From contig NC_052170.1 of NCBI RefSeq assembly GCF_902713615.1, forward strand, positions 7,426,744 through 7,490,743: 64,000 bases of DNA, read 5' to 3'. Below the pieces are notes generated by a model that ran no database searches, had not been told where the DNA came from, and worked only from the letters and a program-made list of their open reading frames with translations. The translations under genes were made by a program, and so were the position numbers. The stretch's first letter is position 1, and every line of letters starts with the position of its first letter. Source of the DNA: Scyliorhinus canicula. Its lineage: Eukaryota. Positions 24,201 to 37,670 of the stretch are shown piece after piece.

Positions 24201-25031
24201 TGTTACAACCCCTTGGGCTAGAACACGGTGAATTCCAGCCCTGCTTGACCTGGAGACGTAATAGAAATTAACAATCATTCTTGGAAAAACACCAAAAGTC
24301 TTTGGTCCTTGGCTGCCCAATAACTATAGTCACCAGGTTTGTAAATTTAAACACAATTAATTTTATTAGTAACAATAATTATAGTTAAATATGAAGCAAA
24401 TGCAATGAGTTAACTGTTATCTAATTCCTAACCCTTCCTCCCCTCCCCCACCCTCCACTAAAACACATCCCACTCTTTACACACTCAAGACAGACAAACA
24501 CAGTGGGGGAAAGAGGAGGTAAAAAATAATGGGATAAAAGTCTTTGTTTCAAATAGTTGTCTTTTAGCACATCTTCCTTCAACCTGGTTTCAGTTCGAGG
24601 TTTTCACTTACAAATTCTGTATACAGCTGTGCAGTTTTTCTGGAGAAAACACTGGGGAGGGAAAAGAGAGCAGTTTCTTTCCTCTGAGCTTCCAGGACTA
24701 CAACTGTCCTTCCCCTGGCACTCTGAAAATTATCTCACTCAGGCAGGACCCAATCACTGTCTGTTAACAGGCAGAATACCGCCTTTTGGCCAATTTATTA
24801 GCCACCAGCCAACCGATCGAACAGAGTCCCACCAATCTCTCTAGGTGTCGAAAAGTCTTGTTCTGCTGTCCAAAAGCTAGCATAGTGTTCTTTTTTTTTG
24901 TAACTTTTGAATTTCTCACTTCCCTTGCTCGACTTTAGGGTATATGTCCATTAAGCATCCATGGACCAAAAAGATAACAGCAAAAATAAAGAAGAGGGAG
25001 AAAACAGAATCAACAGAGGAAGGGTCCTTCA
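24201..25031. mobile_element. Possible solo LTR in the last DR1-like intron
   Basis: Starts TGTTACA, ends ...TTCA; composition like the other LTRs; no TSD seen, right boundary uncertain. Confidence 0.4.
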
Positions 25032-26279
25032 TCTGTGGGTGCATCTCTATTGCCTGATGCGTGACTGATTCTCACAGGCGCAAGTTAGATCCCTAGCCTA
25101 TACTAAGCAAGCTGATCATAACATTGCTTCTTTAACTTTTAAACGCCCCAAGATGCTTCACAGGGGCATTATCAAATGAAACTTGATTCAAAACCAGATA
25201 CGGTATTAGAACAGGTGACCAAAAAGCCTTGGTCAAATAAATATGTTGCAAGTGTCTCAAAGGAGGAAGGAAAGGTTTAGTGACACAGTTGCAGCATTTG
25301 GGGTCTAGATAGCTGAATGCGCAGTGGTCGAGTGAGGATGTGCACGAGACCAGCACTGGAGGATCACCCAGATCGCTGCAAGGAATCATGCAAGTTAGCC
25401 CATAGTCTGAGGGAAAATCCCTCTCATTGTCCCCAACATCAGTCTGTAAAACTGGACGGAAAATAGATTTGGGATGAGGACAGAATCGGATTGAGTTAAT
25501 TGTGCTGTTGAAAGATCAAAGTCTAAAACATTTCTCCACCTTTTCAAGTCTGAAAAAAAGTGCTTTCCAGCCAATTGTGTACATCTGAAGTCACTGTCGT
25601 GATGTGGGAAGAGCAACAGCCAAATTGGGCATAGCAAACTCCCGCAAGCAACAATGAGATAATTACCAGATAGCACTTTTCTATTGGTGTTTAGGGATAA
25701 ATATTAACTGAGACACCAGAGTGAACTCCCCGCTACAGAATAATTCCAAAGAATCTTTTGTTGTCTGAAAGAGTGCACTGCCATCAGCACTTTGTGCGCA
25801 AGCCTTTGGAATGGGGTTTAACCCATATCATCAGACTGAGGCGAGAACAGTGGCTGGCACCTTAAAGAGTATCACATGGCTGGAGTACCAAAGTGATCCG
25901 TGCCAGTGAAACCCAATCTTCACCAGAATATGGGGGGAGAAAATTGGGCAAAGTAATTGAATTCATAGCTGTGCCCAATAGACCCAGACGGGAAGCTGCA
26001 TTGACTCCTTGTAGGAGATCTAGGATTGCACATTATCAAGCTGTCCAATGTATCGCCTTGGTTCCTAATATCTGCAGAGATCTTGATGATATTGGCAAGC
26101 CCCTCTCAACCTTCTGAATGCATCGCCGGCCAAACTTAACCTTAGAGTGGGAACCTGAATCATTTTTTCTTGACCCTGCCTAACCCAAAGGATGCTGAAA
26201 CCAGTGCACTTTCTCCGTCCCACCCACCAGCGAGGGAGATCTGATCTGAACCACTCTGACTTTGTCTGTTTCCCCTCAG

Positions 26280-26417
26280 GCTCGACAGCAGCAGGCGGAA
26301 TTAGCGCAGCAGGAGTGGCTACAGATGCAGCAGGCCGCCCAGCAAGCTCAGCTTGCAGCAACGGCCGCTAACAAAGCCGGTTCCTCACAGGATGAGGAGG
26401 AGGAGGAGGAAACCTAA
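26280..26417 (+). CDS. DR1: DR1 / NC2-beta-like, coding exon 3 (QA-rich region, acidic tail, stop)
   Basis: cccctcag|GCT; ARQQQAELAQQEWLQMQQAAQQAQLAATAANKAGSSQDEEEEEET*; total CDS 525 nt = 174 aa. Confidence 0.95.
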   Translation, partial: ARQQQAELAQQEWLQMQQAAQQAQLAATAANKAGSSQDEEEEEET

Positions 26418-26822
26418 GGTATCGCTTGGGAGGGTCTCGCTTCCCTTTCTAAACTGCTCCCCATCTCTTCGCATTCTGCCACTTTCCACACGGGCGACGA
26501 TGCAGATGAACATCGGTTGGCATTTGCCCAGGTTGACGGTTGGAGGCTGAGGAGTCGGTTGCAAAATTTTAAACAGACTAGCCTGAGACGGACACAAAAC
26601 AAACCAAGATGATGTGCATTTGGACTTGCTGGATTGAAAAATGTGACACAGTCTGAGCAGGACGGTGCATGGACCTTCAGACCTTAAAATGGATTTTATA
26701 TACTTGAGATTTTGGTTAATTGGAGTAAAGTGTTAAACAGATAAAAGTTCCTGTTGGACATATATTTTGTGGGTTTTATTAATGTGTTTGGTAATTGAAG
26801 ACTAAGTTGCCTTGTTTACAGT

Positions 26823-26828
26823 AATAAA
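26823..26828 (+). terminator. Candidate polyadenylation signal of the DR1-like gene
   Basis: First AATAAA about 400 nt after the stop, followed by T/GT-rich sequence. Confidence 0.55.
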
Positions 26829-28142
26829 AGTGGAATAGACATTCCTTTGTGACTGACATTATATTTTCCGCCTTTTAATTTATATTTATTTGCATTCTAT
26901 TTTTACTTCATAGCAACCAAAATGTTTCTGGACTATTTATTGTGCTATATTATTTGGCGGTCACTGTTTTTCTTAATTTGCTCTCTTGGTGAAGACATTG
27001 CTGGCAAGATCAGGCCCGTATTGCCCATCCCCCGTTGCCTTGATGTCAATGCTGGACCTCCTTCAGATAGCTTTCCGGTGTGAATGACTTGCGGTGTGGG
27101 GGGTGTAGCCTATTAAACCCCCTTCCCTGAAGGATATTTGTGAGCACATCTGGGTTTTGTGCACCTTTCCCTCTTTCTTTCTTCTGTATGGCTTTGGGTG
27201 CAGAAACTGTCGACACAGTTTTCATGTCAAGTTCCGTAACCAGTCCAGTGCCCTACTAGAGAACAAGTAACTCCAGGATGTCACCCTCAAACCTGAGTCA
27301 GAGGCAAGATGTTATGTGTGGTTTGGTCAGATTTACTGAAGTCACAGCCAGGAGATGTTTCACGGTGCCACATGTACATCTGTTGGCCATGTCCAGTCTG
27401 TATTCTTTTGAGGGTTGCCCACATGATCCGGAAGAGATTTGAAGCCTTTTGTGCTAATCGGGCAACTTTTGGGGGCTATTTGTATCCAAGGGAGATTAGC
27501 GCCTACAACCTGTACCCATGGGTGAGTCTGCACCTGTCGACCTGTCCCCAGAGTGAGAGGCACCAGCTGTCGAACTGCTTCCCTGAGTCTGGGAGGATAA
27601 TATTGGTGGAAATTAAAACGTTAAACAGCCATCATTGATCATTAAGCAGAACTCAAATGCCCAGAAGAAAATGCATTTTATGGTTGGTACAACCTGGTTT
27701 TAAGTTCCATGGAAATTCAACAGAGGCAACCAGCTATTTTAAGCATCACATCAGCAATAAAATTCCATTTTGATCATTTTTGTCCCTTTTAATTTGACTT
27801 CTGAATCATTGCGTCTTTCAGTAAGCATTGGGAATTAGCTGGTACATACCCGCACAGGGGTATAATTAATCCTTGTAAGTGCATTCATTTCCCCCTAAGT
27901 TTGAAGAAATTAAAGGGTAATAGTTCTTTTTTTATCCTTGGATGTTTCTTAATCAGCAGCAGGTATCTCATTAACTCAGCTGCACTGACCGAAAGCTCTC
28001 CATTGGATTCCCGGTGCTACGTTAGCTGATTATCTCATGTAGGGGCAGCGATTTAAATTATGCAATTGTTCTCTATTCTCCAGCGACGGAATTTCTAACG
28101 TACCAAGCCTAGCTCTGATCAGCTAATCCAGTGTATTTCTTT

Positions 28143-28292
28143 TAAATTTAGAGTGCCTAATTTATTTTTTCCAACTAAGGGGCAATTTAGAGTGGCCAAT
28201 CCACCTACCCTGCACATCTTTTGGGTTGTGGGGCGAAACCCATGCAAACACGGGGAGAATGTGCAAAATCCACACGGACAGTGACCTCGAGC
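28143..28292 (-). mobile_element. 5'-truncated V-SINE
   Basis: Homology; TSD CTAATCCAGTGTA on both sides. Confidence 0.9.
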
Positions 28293-28328
28293 CTAATCCA
28301 GTGTACTTACCACAATGTGAGTAATTGG

Positions 28329-28550
28329 AGGGCAACACGATGGCACAGTGGTTTGCATTGCTGCCTACGGCGCTGAGGACCCGGGTTCGAATCCCAGCCC
28401 TGGGTCACTGTCCGTGTGGAGTTTGCACGTTCTCCCCGTGTCTGCGTGGGTTTCACCCCCACAACCCAAAGACGTGCAGGTTAGGTGGATTGGCCATGCT
28501 AAATTGCCCCTTAATTGGAAAAAATAATTGACTACCCTAAATTTTTTTTT
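28329..28550 (+). mobile_element. V-SINE, short subfamily
   Basis: Homology; TSD GTGAGTAATTGG. Confidence 0.92.
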
Positions 28551-28914
28551 TAAAGTGAGTAATTGGTTAATTTTTTAATATCCTTTGTCTAGCCTCCTGG
28601 GCAGGCATTAAGGGCGCCACAAGGGAGGAGGGAGGGGATAATCAGCTCGATGTGGCGCACCTAACCGAATAACAATCTCGGCTCAACTACCTAGAGAGTT
28701 GAGGGCTGTGTGGGGGTGCTACCCTCCAAGCCACCAGCCATCCTGACTTGAAAGCATATCCCATTTTCTTCACTGTCAGTGGGTCCCGTGACTTTTCACA
28801 ACAGCACGGTGGATGTACCTACACAGTTCAAGACAGTGGCTCACCACCAACATCTCTAGGATAATTTTGGATGGGCAACAAGATCTGGCAACTGCTCCAC
28901 CCAAGACTGTAAGA

Positions 28915-29335
28915 AACTACAGAGTCGTGAACTCTAGCCCAGTCCATCACGTGAATCCGCCTCCCATCCATTGATTCTGTCTGCACCTCCCGCTACCTTG
29001 GGAAAGCGGGAACATAATGAAAGATCCCTCCCAGCTGGGTTATTCTCTCTCCCAACATCCATTGGGCAGGAGATACAAAAGTCGGAGAACACACACTGAC
29101 AGGTTCAAAAGCAAGACTCCTGAATGACCGTCTTGTGGACTGCACTGATCTCTTCCCACATCTCTACTGAGTAATGCTTACTCTGTATGCTTCACCTGAT
29201 GTCTGTATCTATGTATTTACATTGTGTATTTATGCATGTTTTTCATGTATGGAACGATCTGTCTGTACTGGATCCAGAACAATACTTTTCACTGTAGCTC
29301 ACTACACGTGACAATAAACCAAATCCAAATCAAAG
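28915..29335 (+). mobile_element. Rex1/Babar-like LINE 3' fragment
   Basis: KLQRVV...AQSIT...GRRYKS remnants; AATAAA plus (CAAAT)n tail. Confidence 0.55.
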
Positions 29336-30345
29336 CACATAGTATGTGAGTGTTCTGGTGTTGCATTGCAGGAAAAGCTGGATTATTACAAACACATGCA
29401 CTACTCTTCCACCCCATTAGATGGCACAGGTTATACATTTTACAGCACCCTTAAATTTCCATTTGAGTAAACGTTCATTTATTTCAATGTTATTTAAATT
29501 TGTTAAGCAAGATATGTGCATAACAACCAACATATATTAACATGATTAGATTCTGTGCATACAAACACTAATTAATACTTGCAGTAAATTCCAAACATAT
29601 CTGTGGAAGTACTAATTGTTTACATCATAACCCTCAAACATGCTGGTTTATAGTGCAGCAGGTCCTCATGTTCTGTGAGAGCAAACCCAGGCAGACTATT
29701 CGACTGTGGGGACGTTACTGGACATTCACACAAATGTACTTCACAGCAAGGGGTCACACTATCACAGTCCGAGGTGACTGTCCTCTCCTTGGCCCAAGAC
29801 TCATAGCCCTAATTGTGATGATAACCTGCATTAATCATACTAGGAGGCTTGGTTTCCTAAAGAACGTTAGCAAACCTTGTTTTTTTTTCTTAGAATACGC
29901 CGGTTTCATGGACATCATTACTGATGCTATTTATTCTAGATTTATTTGATTGAATTTGAATTCTCCAGCTGCCATGGAGTCACTGAAAAATTAGTCCAGT
30001 AACAACAGGTGTACCACCGTACTCTTCAACCACTCCTCATGGTAGTTAGTTCCACGTTGTCGTATACTGCTTGTAGCTGCTCCTACCAGAGGATCTGCCC
30101 TCATGATACGCCATGTAAGCCTGAAATCTTCCCACATCAGCGTAGCTCGTCTGCAACCTCTCTGCAATGTCCATCATCCAACTACACCCAAGTCGACCCT
30201 TGTTTCTGTTCCCTCCACTTTACCCTCTGGATGACATCTCTAGCTTTTTGGCTCTGATCAAATGGCCAAAACACTGATGTCACTTTTGGATGTCACTTTT
30301 AAAAAATTTTTTAAATAAATTTAGAGTACCCAATTTTTTTTTTTT

Positions 30346-30498
30346 CAGATAGCCCAGTATCGGATTTTCTCCACGGTGGATCTGAAGTCTGCATACCACT
30401 AGCTCCCAATCCGTCCGGAGGATCGCCACTTCACAGCATTCGAGGCCGATGGCCGCCTCTTCCACTTCCTCCGGGTTTCCTTTGGCGTCACAAATGGC
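30346..30498 (+). mobile_element. Gypsy reverse-transcriptase fragment, inverted relative to the adjacent gag-pro
   Basis: Plus frame reads QIAQYRIFSTVDLKSAYH*LPIRPEDRHFTAFEADGRLFHFLRVSFGVTNG (RT motifs DLxxAYHQ, TAF, PFG-like). Confidence 0.88.
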
Positions 30499-32352
30499 TA
30501 TGGGTTTACAGTCCAGAGTGAGATTGGCAAAGAGGGGAGTGGGGGGGGGGGGGGCATTTGCAGCGTGGCTAAGCTGCAGATAGTGAGTGGGGGTAGAGGT
30601 CCGCCGAAGCTGAGGGTGAGACTCTTGAGATTGCATTGAAAATCGAGTCCCAGTAAGAGTGGGGCGCAGAGTTCGGGCAGGACGTATAGTTGAAAATTAG
30701 AGTAACTAGCGCCTTGGATCGTTAGAGTCGCGATGGTGCGTCCTTGGAGGTGAACAGAGTGGGAGCCCGAAGCGAGGGAGATAGTTTGCCGTGCAGGAAA
30801 AACAGGGAGCGAACAGCGTCTTACCAGATCTGGGTGTACGAAGCTCTCAGTGCTCCCGGAGTCGAACTGTACCCGTATACTGTACCCGTTGATTTGGACC
30901 GTCGTCATAGAGTTGTGGAGATGTTTTGGGCGCGAGTGGTCCAGTGTGACTGCGTTGAGTTGCGGGTAGTCGGCGGCTCGGTCGGCTGCCCTGGGGTGGC
31001 CCCGCGATGAGTGCCCGCTGAGGTCGCAGTCTTCAATCAAATTTTCTGAGTTTGGAGAGGATGGAGCCCAAGATGGCTGCCCCCGTGGATCGCACATGGC
31101 GGGCGGCGAGGAAGATGGCGTCCAAGATGGCGGCCCCCATAGATCGCACGTGGCGGGCGGGGGCGGAGTCGGGGTATAGGCCGCAGCGTTCCGGGGCCTG
31201 CGGGCCTGCGAGTGCGGGGAGAGTGGTTGCTTTGTGCCGCGGGAGGATTAGGGGCCTTCCTTGCCAGACACACTCTGGCGTAGTGACCTTTTCGCCCGCA
31301 GCTGCTGCAGGTCGCGTTGCAGGACCGGGCAGTGCTGCCGCGGGTGCTGGGACTAGCCACAAAAGTGGCAGGCTGGGGCAACATGGTGGCTGGATGGCCG
31401 CGCGGCGCAGGCCTGGGGCAGTCGCTAGTCGGGGGCCCATGACGGGGTCGCGGAGTCCGCAGGAAACGAGGTGAGGCTACGAAACGAGACCTCCATAGTT
31501 GTAGCGAGTTCAACAGTATCTTCTAAATTTTGAGCCCCTTTTCCAGCAGTCGCTGGCGCATGTAATTTGATATAAGGCCTGCAACAAAGACATCACGGAC
31601 GGCAAGTTCTCTATGTTCAGCAGCATTTACTACCTGGTAATTACAGTCCCGGGATATAAGTCTCTTAGAAATTCTTCTCGCGATTCTGTGGGGCGCTGGC
31701 GGCGAGTAGTAAAAACGTGGCACGCGTAGACCTCATTGACGGGCCTCACGTACATTTTGTCGAGTAGGGCCAGGGCCTCTGTATATGAGCCGGTACAATT
31801 TAACTGAGTAGATATACGATGGCTCACCCTTGCGTGTAGTAGGCTGAGTTTCTGCTCCTCCGTCGTTTCTGTGGTGCTTGCTTCAGCCAGGTAGGCCTTA
31901 AAACATCGGAGCCAATGTGAAAAGATTTATTTCGCCTCTGCATCCTGTGGGTCGAGTTCCAGTCGATCAGGCTTGAGGGCTGATTCCATGGTCGTTCCTT
32001 ACTGTTTCTTAAGATGATTAAATTGATGAGACCCTCAATTCACGCGACACGTGGTTAGAAGTGAACAGTGGATTTAATCGTCTTACAATAGAGCCTGCCT
32101 GTGACGGGATGATCTCTAGATGAACTGGCAGGCAGGCTCCGACTGCCAAGCTTTATACAACCAGTGGGGGGGGGGGGGGGGGGGGGGAGTCATGTACGGA
32201 GCCAAGGGTGGTGCCCAGTACAAAGTTCCGTACATTCCCAGTACACCTCCCCCTAGGGGCAGAGCCGTGCAACTGCTCGTGGGCCGAACTTACAGAGGCA
32301 TGGTACAACATGTGTGATAACAGTGTGAATTATGCTATTATGATTCACCACA
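30496..32352 (-). mobile_element. Decayed Ty3/Gypsy LTR retrotransposon 5' half: LTR 32024-32352, gag from ATG 31989, protease
   Basis: TG...CA LTR; gag MESALKPDRLELDP... with a stop and frameshifts; CCHC knuckle CSSCGRKGHYARVC; aspartic protease FDSGSTESFV ... LLGLDF. Confidence 0.9.
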
Positions 32353-32559
32353 AGGTCCATGTCACGTGACCCCCACATCTCCATTCTGGCTTTGACAAGG
32401 GATGTGTATCCCTCATCTGGCTCCTTGACATGGCATATTTCACAACCATTAAGAATTGAAGGGAGGGTTGGCGGGTCCTTTGTCCTAGCAGACAAATAGA
32501 CTCAGGTAAGCTAGCCTGATGAATGACGATGGTCTTTGTATAGTTCTCTTGAACTTGGT

Positions 32560-35500
32560 CCAAGAGACCTATACAAAGTCTCTTTGTAACAACAACAAAA
32601 AGGCAAAAATGTGCAAACGTCAACGTAAAATCAATACTTCAATCAAACCATACTGCACAAGCCCGCTCCTCTCCCATCGACACAACCCGCCTATTTATCC
32701 CTCCCACTCTACTCTAACCTCCCCCCCCCGCCCCTGCTGACGTTCACTCTCCCGCGAAGAAGTCGATGAATGGTTGCCACCTTCGGGCAAACCCGAATAC
32801 AGATCCCCTCAAGGCAAACTTGATTTTTTCATACCCAGAAAACTTGACGTGTCCGAAAGCCATAGTTCGGTCTTCGGGGGTTTTGAGTCCCTCCATGCCA
32901 GCAGAATTCGCCACCAGGCTATTAGGGAAGCAAAGGCCAGAACATCGGCCTCTTTCTCCCACTGGACTCCCAGGTCTTCCGAAACCCCGAAAATTGCCAC
33001 CCCTGGACTCATCACCACCCTTGTTTTTAGCACCCGGGACATGATCCCCGCAAATCCATTCCAGTACCCCCTAAGCTTAGGACATGCCCAAAACATGTGA
33101 ACGTGGTTCGCTGGTCCTCCCCCGCATCTAGTGCACTTATCCTCTACCCCAAAGAATTTGCTCATCCGAGCCACCGTCATGTGGGCCCGGTGAACGACCT
33201 GAAACTGAATCAGGCCGAGCCTGGCACATGTTGCGGTTGAGTTTACCCTACTCAGGGCTTCTGCCCACAGCCCGTCCTCCATCTCCCCGCCAAGCTCCTC
33301 CTCCCATTTGCGTTTCAGTTCCTCCGTCTGGGACTCTTCCCCCTTCATGAGCACCTTATAAATATCTGAGACTCTACCCTCTCCTCCTTCTCCTCTATAG
33401 ACTATTCTGTCCTGGATCCCTATTGGCGGGAGGTGTGGGAAGGATGGGACCTGTCTGCGTACAAAGTCTCGCACCTGTAAGTACCTAAAGTCATTTCCCT
33501 TTACCAGCCCAGCTTTCTCCTCCAAGCCCCTCAAACTCGCAAAACTCCCCTCCAGGATCATATCGCCCACCCTCCTCACCCCCACCCGCCGCCATGTTCG
33601 AAACCCTCCATCCATGTTCCCGGGGACAAATCGATGGTTATCACATATTGGAGCCCCGACAGACGCACCCACCTCCCCTACATGCCTCCTCCACTGGCCC
33701 CATATCCGCAGGGCCGCCCCCACTACCGGGCTGCCAAACTGGTGCCCCTGCATGAAGCCACCTCCGCCCGCTCCCAGATAGGCCCCGTACCCACCATCCA
33801 CTTCCTTATCATGGCTATGTTAGCCACCCAGTAGTTGTTGATCAGATTCGGCAATGACATCCCTCCCTCGCTACGGCTCCTTTCAAGCATCGCCTTCTTC
33901 ACCCGCGGGGATTTTCCCGCCCAGACAAAGCTCATGATGATTTTGCCGGTCCTTTTGAAGAAGGACTGTGGGATAAAGATCGGGAGGCACTGGAAGATGA
34001 ACAGGAATCTAGGGAGGATTATCATCTTTACAGTCTGCACCCTCCCCTCCAGTGATAGCGGGAGTCCATCCCATCTCCGAAACTCCCTCTTCATTTGTTC
34101 CACCACTCTAGTCAAATTTAACTTGTGCAACCTGCCCCAGTCTCGTGCCACCTGTATCCCCTAGTACCGGAAACTTTCCCCAACCAGCCTAAATGGCAGC
34201 TCCTTCAGCCTATTCTCCTGGCCCCTTGCCTGCACCACAAACATCTCACTCTTGGCCATATTTAATTTGTACCCTGAGAACCGGCCAAACTTCCTCAATG
34301 TTTCCAGTATATTTTCCATCCCGGCGAGTGGGTCCGACACATACAGGAGCAGGTCATCCACATAGAGAGGGACACTATGTCTTCTCAGCATCCATTGCCA
34401 CCACTACCTCCACCTCCTTGCCCGTCGGGGGCATCATGATCACATTAAGCCATCTTCTCAAGTCAGCTGCCTGCCTTTCACAAGCCCTGTCTGATCGTCC
34501 CCAATCACTTCCGGTACGCAGTCCTCAATTCTAATCGCCAGGACCTTTGCCAGGAGCTTGGCGTCCACATTGATCAGGGAGATGGGTCCTTGTCCCACTT
34601 CAGTATCAGCGAGATGGTGGCTTGCGACATTGTCGGAGGCAGGGTCCCTCTGTCCCTCACCTCGTTAAAAACCCTAGTCAAGACCCGTCCCACTAACTCC
34701 GAGAATTTCTTGTAAAACTCTACTGGGTATCCATCCGGTCCCGGGGCTTTCCCCGACTGCATGGCCTTTAGGCCCCCCAATACCTCCTCTACTCTAATCG
34801 GGGCCCCCAGCCCGTCCACTAGTCCCCGCCTACTTTTGGGAATGTTAGCCCGTCCAGGAACCTTTTCATCTCCTCCGGCTCTTCTGGGGGTTCTGAAGTA
34901 TACAGCCTACTACAGAAGTCCCAAAATACCTTATTCAGTCCTGCCGGGTCCTCCACTCTGCTCCCCTTCCCATCCACCACTCTACTTATTTCCCTGGCCG
35001 CCTCCCTCTTCCTGAGTTGCTGTGCTAACAGTCTGCTGGCCTTCTCCCCATGCTCATACACCACTCCCCTTGCCTTCCTAAGTTGTTCCACGGCCCTACT
35101 CGTGGATAGCGCCCCCAGTTCCGCCTGTAATCTCCGTCTCTCCCTGAGTAGGTCCTCCCCCGGAGACCCCGCATGCTCCTCGTCTATCCGGTGGATCTCC
35201 TTAACCAATCTATCCATTTCTGCTCTGTCCACCCTGACCCTGTGAGCCCGAATTGAGATCAGCTCCCCCCTCACTACTGCCTTCAGCGCCTCCCACAGGG
35301 TCGCTGCTGAAACCTCCCCCGTATCGTTCACCTGCAAGTAATTTTGCATACACTTCCACAGTCTCTCACATATCTCCTCCTCCGACAACAATCCTACGTC
35401 TAACCTCCATTGCGGACATTGGTGATTCGCCCCCCCACCCTGCAGGTCCACCCAGTGCGGGGCATGGTCCGAGATAGTGATTGCCGAATATTCCGTATTC

Positions 35501-36690
35501 TTTACCTCCCCTACACAATCCCTGCTCAAGATAAAGAAATCAATTCTAGAATATACTTTATGAACATGTGAGTAAAACGAATAGCCCCTTCCCGTCGGCT
35601 GTCTGGCTCTCCATGGGTCCACTGCCCCCATTTGCTCCATGAACCCTTTCAGCTCCCTTGCCATTGCTGGGAGTCTACCCATTCTGGGACACGACCGCTC
35701 CAGCCCCGGGTCAAGGACTGTATTAAAGTCCCCCCCCCCCCCATTATCAACCTACGTGAGTCTAGGTCCGGGATCTTCCCCAGCACTCTTTTGATAAAGT
35801 CCACGTCGTCCCAGTTCGGAGCATTAATGTTCACCAGCACCACTCTCCTCCCCTCCAGTTTGCCCCTTACCATCAGGAATCTGCCCCCCCTGTCTGCGAC
35901 TACGCCCTCCGCCTCAAATTGAACCCGCTTATTGATCATAATTGCTACCCTCCTGGACTTAGAATCCAAGTCCGAGTAGAAGACCTGGCTAATCCAGCCC
36001 TTCCTTAGCCTAGTCTGGTCAGACACTTTCAGATGTGTCTCCTGCAGCATAATTGCATCCGCCATCAGAGCCCGCAAATGCGCGGACACACATGCCCTTT
36101 TAACTGACCCATTTAGTCCCCTGACATTCCAGGTGATCAGCCTGGTTGGAGGGCACAACCCATCCCCCCCCCCCCCCCCCCCCCCCCCCACGCCGGTCAG
36201 CCATAACCTGTCCCAGGCCCGCCCCCGGCCCGTGCGCCGCGCTATTCGCCTCTTGGCCGCTTCCACCCCCGACCTCCTTTCCATTACCTACTTCAGAACC
36301 ACCCCACGTCAGCAGAATAACATCCCCCCTCCCCCCCTAGCAACATTCCCCCCCCCCGGTAACCCCAACCCTGCCATCCATTGGCTGTATTCTCCCCCCC
36401 CCCCACCTGACTCCCTTGACTAGCCAGTCTGCTAGCCCGGTGACTCATCACTCCGGCGCCCACTTGTCCCATTCCCATTGTTTCCCCGACCTCATCCCCA
36501 CTCCCCAGCACACCATCCCCCCCCTCCAACCCACTGGAGCAATCTCACTAACACAGAAAGGTCAAACAAAACGTAAACCTCAAACCGCCCCGCGAGGCTG
36601 CTCCAGGTGCAATACAGTTCCCGCCGCGTACACAGAAAAGTGTTAACCCACGTCCCTTTCCAAGCATTAATTAAATAACCCCGCAATACC
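32560..36690 (-). mobile_element. 5'-truncated, frameshifted L1-clade LINE (ORF2 endonuclease, RT and C-terminal Cys/His region)
   Basis: RLITWNVRGLN, LQETH, YSRIDFF, SDHAP (APE endonuclease); KAPGPDGYPVEFYKKF, LYVDDLL, FSGYKLN (RT); CxRC...HMFWAC; internal deletion between DAEK and LYVDD. Confidence 0.93.
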
Positions 36691-36771
36691 CCAGTACTGC
36701 CTACCTCTTTAATGAGTGCGATGATGTCTCCTTCTTTAATAGCTCATTGTTAATTGTTTCCTCTGCTTACG

Positions 36772-37085
36772 ACGGGAAGGTGGTGGCGTAGTGGTATTGC
36801 CACTGGTCTTATAATCCAGAGCCACAGAGGACCAGTGTTCGAATCCGGGTTGAATTTGAATTCAATAAGACTCTGGAATTGAAAGTCTAATGATGACCAC
36901 GAAACGATTGTCATGAAAGCCCATCTGATTCACCTTTCGGGAAGGAAATATGCTATCTTCACCTGGTCTGGCCGAGAAGTGACTAACTGCCCTCTGAAAT
37001 GGCCAAGCCAGCCACTGAGTTCAAGGGCAACTGGGGATGAGCAACAAATGCAGGCCCAGCCAGCGACACCCACATCGCTTGAAAG
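36772..37085 (+). mobile_element. tRNA-derived SINE with a LINE-type 3' tail
   Basis: TGGCGTAGTGG A-box and GTTCGAATCC B-box; tail shared with LINE 3' ends in the window. Confidence 0.7.
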
Positions 37086-37426
37086 AGTAAAACAAAGCCT
37101 CTCCCTTTGAAGGACTATGTGAGGTTTTACTGTGTTAAAGATATATAAGTGCACATTGCTGCTTATTTTAATTGTGGAAAAATATTTATAATCTGAAGGT
37201 AGAAGATGAGGGGGGTTAGAAGTTTATAATAGGAAAATTTTCTCTGTGAGTTTGTTTGATAAGACTGAGGTTTAAAGCATATTTCTGTCTCTGTCCTTTC
37301 TGGAGACGTTATAAAAACGGAGGCTGTGAGTTGTGAGCGCTTACTCTCTTTTACTTGACTGTTGCTTTTACGTTGTTCTTTGTAGCAAGGTTCCACCACC
37401 ATCAAGCGTACATCACAGATACTGAC

Positions 37427-37670
37427 GGGCAGCACGGTGGCGCAGTGGGTTAGCCCTGCTGCCTCACGGCGCCGAGGTCCCAGGTTCAATCCCGGCTCCG
37501 AGTCACTGTCCGTGTGGAATTTGCCCATTCTACCCGTGTTTACGAGGGTTTAGCCCCCACAACCCAAAAGGTGTGCAGGTTAGGTGGATTGGCCATGCTA
37601 AATTGCCCCTTAATTGCGAAATAAGAAAGAAATGAATTGGGCACTCTAAATTTTTTTTAAAATCAATAAA
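37427..37670 (+). mobile_element. V-SINE, short subfamily
   Basis: Homology; 15-bp TSD ATCACAGATACTGAC. Confidence 0.92.
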
